The position numbers and the translations under genes were made by a program. From the NCBI GenBank assembly GCA_000004985.1, contig GG738887.1: a stretch of 64,000 nucleotides of DNA. One strand, given 5' to 3'. Of the stretch, positions 1-9,313 are shown one piece after another; position 1 is the stretch's first letter, and every line of letters begins with the position of its first letter. This DNA is from Naegleria gruberi (lineage: Eukaryota). The notes beneath the pieces were generated by a model. The model saw only the letters and a program-made list of their open reading frames with translations. It had not been told where the DNA came from and searched no databases.

Positions 1-54
1 TTCCTTGTTGTTTCTTCTTGCAAGAAGTTTTGTTGAAATGATTATGAAGTACTT

Positions 55-1080
55 TTATTTGAAAAATGATAATTGATGATTGACTTGATCACAAACGATA
101 AGTTCACCACTCTTTCTGTTAAGGCAACATCCCTGTGGATATTGCAATTTTTTGTTTGTGCATTTGGCATTCAAGTTGGAAATTAGTGTGAAATTTTGGT
201 CAATTGAAAGGACGAAGATTTCACAACTAAAATGTTCAATGATAAAGAGCTGATTACTTGATTCATCAATTTCTAATCCTCTAAACTTGTTTCTTGGTTG
301 ATTAAATGGATGAGGTAGTAATTGACAGGAGCTGTCGTCAATCAAGAATAATCTGCCACATCTACAATCATTAACTATCATTCTTTCACTGTTCGGGAGC
401 ATCAATGCATAACACGGTTCAATTAATAACCCATTATTAAACGTTGGCGTTTTGGGTCCAAAGTTAATTTCCTTAAATGGCTCTCCGTTTATGGAATGCA
501 CAAATAAAATTCTATATTTGGAAGGATCACAAAGAATAATTACATTCTCATCTCTGCTCTTTCCATATTTAAGACTCATCCCAATCTGGCATCCAAAATG
601 ATCCCAATCATCATCTCCAAATTCATTAGCAGTTCCAGAAATCCAAATTAATTTCAATCTTGAATTGAGAATTTCCAATAAATCCAATTTGTAAACACAA
701 TAATCATCACAGGAAACAAGAATTGCATCTTGTGATCTTCCACATCCATTCCTTTCCACTAGAACGTTTTCAACCATTTTTGGAAATATTGCACTTGTTA
801 AATATTTCAAATTTTGGAGGGAAAAAATCTGAACTCTATGGTTCATGCTATCTGAAACTAGAATGCAATTATGATTGTAGGATATATCAACATTGTTTGG
901 ACAATCGAATTGAGTTTCTTCTCCTCCACAAACTTGATATTCGCCTAATTCTCTTATCAACTGAAAATTTAATGAAAATGGAATTGTGTCGTCTTGTTGG
1001 TTTTGAAACTTTTTCTTAAGCAAAGGGCTTGAAAAGTTGCAATCGAGAGCAACGACAACAGACTGATCATGTTGATTCAT
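55..1080 (-). CDS. NHL-repeat (beta-propeller) protein
   Basis: Continuous minus-strand ORF with a TAA stop at 55-57. The track start at 1095 is TTG; the first ATG is at 1078-1080 in an A-rich context (aattaaaaATGaat). There are repeated ~40-aa units with the NHL signature, e.g. ILVSDSMNHRVQIF, IILCDPSKYRILFV, MIVNDCRCGRLFLID and LIVCDQVNHQLSFF. Confidence 0.55.
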   Translation of the reverse strand: MNQHDQSVVVALDCNFSSPLLKKKFQNQQDDTIPFSLNFQLIRELGEYQVCGGEETQFDCPNNVDISYNHNCILVSDSMNHRVQIFSLQNLKYLTSAIFPKMVENVLVERNGCGRSQDAILVSCDDYCVYKLDLLEILNSRLKLIWISGTANEFGDDDWDHFGCQIGMSLKYGKSRDENVIILCDPSKYRILFVHSINGEPFKEINFGPKTPTFNNGLLIEPCYALMLPNSERMIVNDCRCGRLFLIDDSSCQLLPHPFNQPRNKFRGLEIDESSNQLFIIEHFSCEIFVLSIDQNFTLISNLNAKCTNKKLQYPQGCCLNRKSGELIVCDQVNHQLSFFK

Positions 1081-1371
1081 TTTTAATTCTTTCAAATTGT
1101 TTCGAATAGTTGAATTTGAAACTTCTTATATTTGGAATTTGAAGGTTACCTTCAATTTGAACATTTTTGAGTTTGAATTCAAAGCAGTAACACCCAATAC
1201 AACAGTTTACAACCAATCTACAACATGTTAGAATTTCTTCATTTCAACCCATCTTCGGATGCACTTTTCGACATTTTTCCTTATCCTCACCAAGATTTTT
1301 AAACTAATCTCTGTGAAACATTTAAAACAGATGAGCCCAGCACCAAATCCTCTTCAAATCAAATCAAAAAA

Positions 1372-2322
1372 ATGTCTTCAGTTATCGTTCTTGGAGCTAA
1401 TGGTTATATTGGCATTGGTGTTTCCCAATCTTTACAGAGAAATGGTTTTTCAGTGTATGGCACTGTTCGATCAGAAAAACATGAGAAATTCCTGTTGGCG
1501 AATGAAATTACTCCACTCGTCATTCCAAAAGTTACATCCTTGTTTAGTGATGAGAAATTTGGCAAGATTTTGGAAAGGACAAGTGCAATTATTGATTGTA
1601 TTGGGCTGACTGATGAAACTGACAAGATTGTGCAATTGGTGAAGGAACATTCTGCTGACAGATTGAAAAGGAAACTTTCCAAGTTGGTTTTCGTATTTAC
1701 TAGTGGAATTATGACTTATGGAAAGGCCTCTGCTGAACTATTCCTGGATGAGAATGTGAGACCAGAGCCAACTCATGCATGGGTTGAGAAGAGAAGAGAT
1801 GTTGAATATGAATTATTGAATGGAGAGTTTACCCATTTGGATACTGTTGTAATTCGTCCTGGTTTCGTATATGGTAAGAGTGGTGGTGAAATTTTCAAAG
1901 ATTTTTTCAATCCAAAAATTACTTCAGATGGTAAATTGACAATTATTGGATCTCCTAAAAAGAGATGGAGTTGGGTTCATGTAGATGATTTAGGAGAAGC
2001 CTATACTAAGGTTCTAACAGTTGGACGAAACTTAGTTTCTGGTCAATTGTTCAACATTGCAAATCCAAATGATTATCCAACCTATGATCGTGTCAGAATT
2101 GAAATTGCCAAACAAACTGGATGGCAACCAAACTCTGAGAATGAAACTGATTCACTTCTTATTGAGCCAGTTCCACAAGAAAATGCTGGATTGGTTGTTT
2201 GGGAGAATACAGTGATGATTAATCCGAGAAAGGCCATTGAAGTATTGGGTTGGAATCCAAAACATTTGAATTTTATTGAAAAGATTCATGTTTATTATCA
2301 ATCATGGAAGAATTCTCAATAA
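1372..2322 (+). CDS. NAD(P)-binding Rossmann-fold protein, NmrA-like / atypical SDR epimerase-dehydratase family
   Basis: ATG at 1372 follows aaaaaaa. The N-terminus has the glycine-rich dinucleotide-binding motif VIVLGANGYIGIGV. It is a 316-aa single exon ending in TAA at 2320-2322. Family assignment is from the motif plus overall length and composition. Confidence 0.65.
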   Translation: MSSVIVLGANGYIGIGVSQSLQRNGFSVYGTVRSEKHEKFLLANEITPLVIPKVTSLFSDEKFGKILERTSAIIDCIGLTDETDKIVQLVKEHSADRLKRKLSKLVFVFTSGIMTYGKASAELFLDENVRPEPTHAWVEKRRDVEYELLNGEFTHLDTVVIRPGFVYGKSGGEIFKDFFNPKITSDGKLTIIGSPKKRWSWVHVDDLGEAYTKVLTVGRNLVSGQLFNIANPNDYPTYDRVRIEIAKQTGWQPNSENETDSLLIEPVPQENAGLVVWENTVMINPRKAIEVLGWNPKHLNFIEKIHVYYQSWKNSQ

Positions 2323-2678
2323 AATTGATTCAATTTTTGTGATTATTTGAAGTAACGGTAAATTTGGAGGGAAATTAAAAAAATTGAAAAACAATTAATT
2401 CGCATCACCAACATCACGTGTTATAATATTAATATTATTGGAAGATATTAATTTCTATCATGCTTCTAACATGGAACACACTGTGTTCGGAATGACAATT
2501 TGACGTCGACTGAAAGGAAGATATGCAAGAAGAATAATTTTCTTCTATTTGAAATGGTCGGTGCTGCTAACGGAGGCTAAGTCGAACAACACAACTCTCA
2601 ATTAGAAGTAGAAAGTAATGAGTAATATTTGTACATTCTTTCGAAACATATATACTCAGTAGAAACAAAAGAAAACAA

Positions 2679-5600
2679 ATGAATATGAGGATTCTTCTCT
2701 TCCTTCTCTTATTGGCACTTCTCTCCCCAAGTATTTCCTCCACCTCATCATCATCATCATCATCAACACTCCTTAATCGCATGTGTAGTAGTGATGATAG
2801 AGCTCCCTCTTTCAATCAGAGAGATTTGTGTTCAGCATCAAATAATTCAATGATTACTCCCTCCTGGTGCACTCGTCATAATCCATTCTCTTCGGTTCCT
2901 TATTTATTTAGTGATAATAACTTTCCGAGTTGGTTAAATGTTGAGGATGGAGCCATTTGTAATACGGCCAATCCCTACGTGTTCAGTTTTATTAATGGAA
3001 CAATTAGATATTCTGCTCCGTATGCTCTCGATGGAAATGCACAAGTATTGCCATCATCATCTTCATCTTCATTGAGTTATTCTGCAATGATTTCACCAAG
3101 AGACAAGTGTAGATTTATATCAAAGATTAATACGATTGAGTTTAGTGGTGAATTTGGATTCAATAGTAGTACTACGATTGAAGCTAAGAGATATCTGGTT
3201 TTGGGATTAGTTTCTGGACAAATTATTCTAATGAATTTCAATAAGGATGATGAGATTTACTTGTTGGGAAATACTGAAGATAAGACAAATATTAGAACAT
3301 TGGAAACTTTGACAAATGGTACTGATTTATATGTTTCGACTGTTTCATTTGGTAATTCAGTTTCTCTATTTTATGGAAATTCTTCAAATATTGCTTCTAT
3401 TCAACGTTGTGGAAACATTTTACAATTTGAATCGAGAAATCAATTTCCACCAGATGTCAAATTAATTACTCACGATGGAAAAATATACGCCTCTCTCATT
3501 GTTTACAATAGTACCGAAATGTGCTATTTCATTTACTTTTATCAACTAGATGGTTGCTCATTCACAAAACAATTCCAGTACAAGGTTAAGGAAAAGTGGG
3601 AATCTAATCTGAAATTCAAAATTTCCACTCAAGTTGGTGGATTTGACAATGTTCTCACCACTAACAATTTTGTATATTCGAGAACTATACTCCAATTCTC
3701 CACAAGAAAACATGTGAAAATCATTGAAATGACCACACAAGATATTGAAATGGATCTGAGTACCAATGACAATTCCACATTTTATGTTGCCACTGATGAG
3801 GAAGAAATTACAGCATCTACCATAGCATATGAATACATTAGAAGGATTGACTTTACAAAATCCTCATGCGCCAAAATTTATGCCAACCCAGCTCAAGGTG
3901 CAAACTTGATTCTTTCACTCAAGAGGAGAAATAGCAATTATTTGAAAGCAAGAAATTTATTAGAGTTTGGAAATTATCCATTCTATAGATATTCGAATAG
4001 AACTTATAATAATCCTGTTGGAAGAACAGTTGAGTGCAATGTTGCTGATGGTACATTTTATGATGCTTTAACACAGAGTTGTACTCATGCTTTTGAGGTA
4101 GAGAATGTGATTGGAGACATTTCTATTGGAGAAGAAATTCAAGAGCTTTCGAGTAGATTCCATGATGCTCCACTCAATTATTCACAATACTTTGAAGTTG
4201 ATTTGACTGAAAAACTTGACACCAAAGATATTTGTAATAATATTGCTCAATTTCCAGCACTTGCTTCCTTATGTGAAGAAAATTTAAATCAAACAGAGTG
4301 TGCATTTGATGCATTTACCATGTTTGGAAACAAGTTCCTTCCTAAAATATTAGCAGATTTTTGGGTAAATCAAATTTACATTTCTAAAACTGGAAAGGAG
4401 GTTTTGGTTTATGGTTTACAACAAGAAATGTGTTCACTCAATGGTCTTTATATGGACAATTATAATACGATTAGTTTAATGGGAGAATCTACATATATGG
4501 ATATCACAAGGAATGCTCAACACATGTTTGTAACAGTGTCCAGAGAACGATGGGAGTTACAATCCCTTACCAGATTTTACAATATTTGTAAACAATTAGA
4601 AGTAGATCCAGAAGATCCATTTTTGAAACCATTTGCTGAGCAATGTAAGGCAAATACACCTTCTCCAGTCACTCTTAATCAATTTGGACAATACACCTCA
4701 AGTTGTTTCAGTGGAATGAGTTGCCCATCTCTAAAACATGTGGAAATTGATATTATACCTGAAGGATTTTACACAACCAGACCAAATGTTGTCAAAGAAT
4801 GTGAGGAAAAATACTTTTGCTTACAGGGTGTGAGACAGCCATGTCCAATTGGATTTTATTGCCCAAACAAGGGAATGACTAAACCATTGCCATGTAAATT
4901 CTCCACTTCACATAATTTACACAAACGAGGTCTTTCATGGGAGGAACCAAAGGGATCAGATACTTGCTACTCACAAGCCAACAGTTTACCTCAACCTTGT
5001 TTGAATGGTACTCTATGTATTACACCTTATTTTCCACCTATTCCTATTTCTCCTGGTCTTTATTTGGAAGGAAACAAGATTAAAGAATGTCAATTGGGAG
5101 ATTATTGTAATTTGGGAAGATATATAGGTGAAAATCAAAATAGCTCAATATTGGCATGTCCTGAAAACACCTATTGTGAAGAACCCTCTACAATGGAACC
5201 TTCATTGTGTATTCCAGATGAAAAGTTATCATTATATTGCCCACCTGGAACTACATTCAGAAGACCATGTAATAAGGGATTCTATTGCCCAAAGCCAAGT
5301 GTTGAAGTTCCTTGTAAATTGACTCAATATTGTGAGGAGGGATCCTATATTCCTGAAACATGTCCAGCTGGTTATTACTGTCCATCACCATCTGAGAAGT
5401 TGATTTGTCCAAAGGGATTTTATTGTGTTGTTGGCAGTGTTTATCCTACCAATTGTCCGACATTTAGTATTTGTCCAGAGGGAACTAAGGCCTATGAAGA
5501 TTATGCTCTTGGTGTCTTGATTGACATTTTAATTATCATGGGAGTAATTTTGACATTTAAAATTTATTCGTGGACTTCTAATTGTTATATTCGATATAAG

Positions 5601-7731
5601 GCAAAGAAACTCAAAAACCAACAAGATTTGGAATTACTAACCATAGATGAAAATGATGCTGAATATATTGTTGTGGAACAGAAAACTCAAAAATTGACAC
5701 TTTCACAATGTATGCAAGGACTTTACAAGGACATTGGAGTGGAAATTTCATTTGAGGATTTGTCAGTTGACTTGAAAACAAGTAACAGAAGAATTTTGCA
5801 TAATCTTAATGGTAAATTTGGCGCTGGTAGATTGACCTGTATTATGGGTCCCAGTGGAAGTGGTAAGACCACCCTATTATCAGCCATTAGTGGTAAAGCA
5901 TCCTATGCCAACATTTCAGGTTCTATCAGAATTAACGGAGAAATATCATCCATGAAGAAATTCAAAAATATTTGTGCATTTGTACAACAAGAAGATTGCA
6001 TGCACAGAGAGTTGACTGTGGAAGAGTGTATTTATTTCAGTGCTAGAACAAGATTGGCCTCTCAAGTGAGCCAGAAAACTGTGGAATCCATAGTGAATGG
6101 AGTGATTCAAATATTGGACTTGGAAAATGTGAGACATTCTGTAATTGGAGATGAGAATAAGAGAGGAATATCTGGTGGTCAGAGAAAGAGGGTCAGTATT
6201 GCTATGGAGCTAGTAGCTTGTCCTTATGTTTTATTTTGTAAGTTTTAACATTTTCGAAAATGAAAGACTTATTAATTTTTCAAATATAGTGGACGAACCT
6301 ACATCTAGTCTCGATGCATACAGTAGCTTTGAAGTGTCTAAGGCAATGAAAGATATTGCCTCGAGTGGAATTACAGTTGTTGCAGTTTTGCATCAGCCAA
6401 GATTTGAAATTTTTGAAATGTTTGACGATGTGGTCTTGCTTGGAAATGGAGGTAGGATTGTGTATATGGGACCTTCCTCTGATGCTTTGCCTTACTTTGA
6501 GGAGAAACTCAATTTGGAGCCACCACCAAGAGTGAATCCGAGTGATTTCTTTTTGGATGCAATTTATGATCCTAAATTGGCATATGAATCACAGAAAAAG
6601 ATTAACGGAAAACAAGTTCAACAATATACATGCAAGGAAATGTTTGATGTTTGGGAAAATAATTATAAGAAACTTGACGAATTTAATGGAACCGATTTTT
6701 CCAAATTAGTGATGGAAGAGAAGGCAAAATCTCAGAATCCTCTCATTCATTTCTACATGAACATTAATAGATCATTCCTATTGAAGATTAGAAACATTTT
6801 TGGATTTTTCATGGATTGCCTATTGGTATACGTTGCTGGACTAGCTCTTGGATTGACTTTCCTCAAAGATGCCTATGTTGGACCTCTTCCTGAAGACATG
6901 ATTGACTCGTGTCCAGCAGCCATGAGAAAAATCTGTGAATATCCACTCAACAATCCAATCATCAACATGGCAAGTACCATTCCACTTGCTTTAGGATTGT
7001 GTGCAGGTATGTCCTCACTGACAACATTCGGTTCCAGACAAGAACAATTAATTTTCAAAAAGGAAAGAGAATCTGGACTCTCAGTTCTTGCCTATTTCAG
7101 TTCTAAAATGTTGGAACAATTGCCAAACATTCTTCTTGGACCAATTGTCTTTCTTTCCATTTTCTTTTCACTCTACTCTCCAAGAGCAACATTTGGAGAA
7201 TATTATTTGGTTCTCTTTTTAATGCATTTCACAACATTTGGATTGGGAAGTTTGGTGAGTGTTGTTGTACCTTTGGATTTGATTCAATTGGCAACTGCAG
7301 TTTCAATTCTAGTTTCTCAATTGGTTAGTGGTTCTAAACCAACTCTTCCACAAATGAAAAAGATTATTCCACCTCTGTTTTGGATTAGTTGCATTTCGTA
7401 TATTCGATATGCCCAGGAAGCACTTTACCTCATTGAAATCAAATATTATAAGGACATTTTTGACATTAGTTCATCATTGGAAATGTTTGATTATCATTTA
7501 GAGGATTTGGATTATTGTATCTTTATGATTCCAGTCTTTGGAATTGTTTTCAGATTATTAACATTGATAGTTTTGTATCAGAAGAGCGACGATTCATTGT
7601 GGAATACTTGTTTAATGTTTATTTCTTATTATTCGAATTTTGATCATTTTAAAACTGGCATGGTTTCAATGTGGAGAAGAATACAAATGGTAATGATATG
7701 GAAAGGTCATGAAAAAGAAGGATTATTGTAA
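2679..7731 (+). CDS. ABC transporter, G-family-like half transporter (NBD-TMD) with an N-terminal ~920-aa Cys-rich extracellular domain, two exons
   Basis: The CDS is join(2679..6237,6290..7731). It opens with a signal peptide MNMRILLFLLLLALLSPSIS and a poly-Ser tract from (TCA)7. A long N-glycosylation-rich ectodomain carries CP-x-G-[FY]-YC repeats such as CPIGFYCPNKG, CNKGFYCPKPS and CPAGYYCPSPSEKLICPKGFYC. A predicted TM helix GVLIDILIIMGVILTFKIY precedes the NBD. The NBD has Walker A GPSGSGKTTLL and the ABC signature ISGGQRKRVSIAMEL. Splicing the 52-nt intron restores the canonical Walker B reading ..YVLF-L-DEPTSSLD. An H-loop VLHQP follows, then a multi-helix hydrophobic domain in exon 2. 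Stop is TAA at 7729-7731. Confidence 0.8.
2745..2765 (+). repeat. (TCA)7 trinucleotide repeat encoding poly-Ser in the ABC transporter signal/linker region
   Basis: The repeat tcatcatcatcatcatcatca is read directly from the sequence; in frame it encodes SSSSSSS. Confidence 0.9.
6238..6289 (+). other. Intron (52 nt, GTAAGT...ATAG) of the ABC transporter gene
   Basis: The donor is gtaagt at 6238-6243 and the acceptor is atag ending at 6289, with AT-rich content between. Without splicing the frame hits a stop at 6246-6248 and the Walker B motif is lost. With splicing the LDEPTSSLD motif is continuous and in frame. Confidence 0.8.
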
Positions 7732-7954
7732 AAGTAAAGGTTTCGAATATTTTTTTCACAATATCTTTATATTGTAATCAAATGCAATCATTCAAAAACG
7801 GAAATTTTGCTCTACAGGAGATTTGAAATGGGAAATTTCAATATTTATCTTTGAATTGAGTGAAAAATTGGTGACCGAGGTCAATACATAAATTGAACCC
7901 ACCCTCAATTAATATCCGAAAGTGCAATTTCAAACAACATTTCACTGAAAAAAA

Positions 7955-9070
7955 ATGAAGATATTCATTCTGCTACTAGTGCTGACAACAGTTGTCATTC
8001 ATGGCCAAACAACATCGGTTCATGATTGGGAGAAGAAACAAAATATGCTCACCAAGAGAAGTGACCTTTCGGCTCAAACTATTGGAAACTTGATTTATTT
8101 GACTGGTGGATGTACTTCTAATCAACCAATAGCAAAAGATGCCACTTGTCCATCAATCACCAATTCAATGGAAATTTACAATCCACAAACTAATTCATTT
8201 ACTTTTGGAAAAGCAATGCCTAGGCCAAGATATAGACACACTACTGTTGCTATTCAAAATAGATATTTATTTGTGATTGGTGGAAGAGATTTGAATGAGA
8301 ATATTATTACCCAAGTGGATGTATTCGATACTGTTAATGGAAACTGGACGATACATAATGCTACGTTGACTTCTGACTGTTGTTCTGACTCTATTGCTTT
8401 CGTATTGAAGGATAGCAATGGAAATGAGAATATTTACTTACCTGGTGGATATTACGCCAATTACACAACCTCAGGAAAAGTTTTACAGTTGACTACCAAA
8501 AATGGAGTTTATTCTGGAACATTCCAATCAGGTTTAGTTTCAGATATGAATGTCAAAAGAGGTGATTCCATGACATTAACCTATAATAATAAGGCCTATG
8601 TAATTGGTGGATTTTTGGAAGATAATTTTTGTAAACCAATTACAACTGTGGAAGTATACGATTCCTCAACTAATAAGTGGACAATTACATCACCACTTTC
8701 ACATGAGAGAGCTGATGGTGCTGCTATCATGGTTGGTTCTGCATTATTTGTTTTGGGAGGAGAATCTAAGGATAAATCATGTAATGTTTCATTACCTGTC
8801 AGTGATGTTGAGAAATTTGACACTGCTAGCGGGAAATGGAGTGATTTTGTGGCTCTTCCAACAGCTCGTTTTAGACAAACTGGTGAAATTGTCAACAATG
8901 TCATGTATGTGTTTGGTGGACAAATTGAAATTGAGATAGCTCAGCAATATTCAGTTTTGGATTGGACCTATGCTTACAATTTCACAGATTTTGTAAAGAT
9001 TTCTGCAGCCAACTCGCAAATAATTTCATGGATATTTGTTTTCTCATTACTTTTCATTCTAGTAGTATAA
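7955..9070 (+). CDS. Secreted or GPI-anchored kelch-repeat beta-propeller protein
   Basis: ATG at 7955 follows aaaaaaa. There is an N-terminal signal peptide (MKIFILLLVLTTVVIHG) and several N-x-S/T sites. Repeated kelch-type blades carry the GG motif and aromatic spacing: YLTGGCT, YLFVIGGRD, IYLPGGYY, AYVIGGF, LFVLGGES, MYVFGGQ. The C-terminus is hydrophobic (ISWIFVFSLLFILVV), as expected for a GPI-attachment signal or membrane anchor. Confidence 0.6.
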   Translation: MKIFILLLVLTTVVIHGQTTSVHDWEKKQNMLTKRSDLSAQTIGNLIYLTGGCTSNQPIAKDATCPSITNSMEIYNPQTNSFTFGKAMPRPRYRHTTVAIQNRYLFVIGGRDLNENIITQVDVFDTVNGNWTIHNATLTSDCCSDSIAFVLKDSNGNENIYLPGGYYANYTTSGKVLQLTTKNGVYSGTFQSGLVSDMNVKRGDSMTLTYNNKAYVIGGFLEDNFCKPITTVEVYDSSTNKWTITSPLSHERADGAAIMVGSALFVLGGESKDKSCNVSLPVSDVEKFDTASGKWSDFVALPTARFRQTGEIVNNVMYVFGGQIEIEIAQQYSVLDWTYAYNFTDFVKISAANSQIISWIFVFSLLFILVV

Positions 9071-9313
9071 ATTGTTTTTGAAATTTTTAATTGAAAATCC
9101 CAAATATTACAATTCTTCTGATTCTCATTTAAATTCATTCGTATCTTATTCAATTTTCAGAATGTCAAAGGAGTTTTTGAAAATTTACTCAATTTCCAAA
9201 AACAACTTCCTTACTCTTTTTCATTGCATGGAGTTTCAGGAGATTAAACTCCAATCTCCCGCCAAAAACTTAAAGTTCGAGAAAAAACAAATTGAAAAAA
9301 ACCACAAAAAAAA

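Noticed and set aside
723-1019. 98-aa plus-strand ORF antisense to the NHL-repeat gene
   Set aside because: It is fully contained within the longer minus-strand NHL ORF, which has clear repeat motifs. It has no motifs of its own, so it is a shadow ORF.
1259-1682. ORFs 1259..1609 (+) and 1404..1682 (-) overlapping the start of the epimerase-like gene
   Set aside because: Both overlap the well-supported Rossmann-fold CDS (GxxGxxG motif at the correct N-terminal position) in other frames or strands and lack features of their own.
2567-2815. 82-aa minus-strand ORF with a poly-Asp run opposite the ABC transporter signal peptide
   Set aside because: The poly-Asp is simply the reverse complement of the in-frame (TCA)7 poly-Ser repeat of the ABC gene, so it is an artefact of the repeat.
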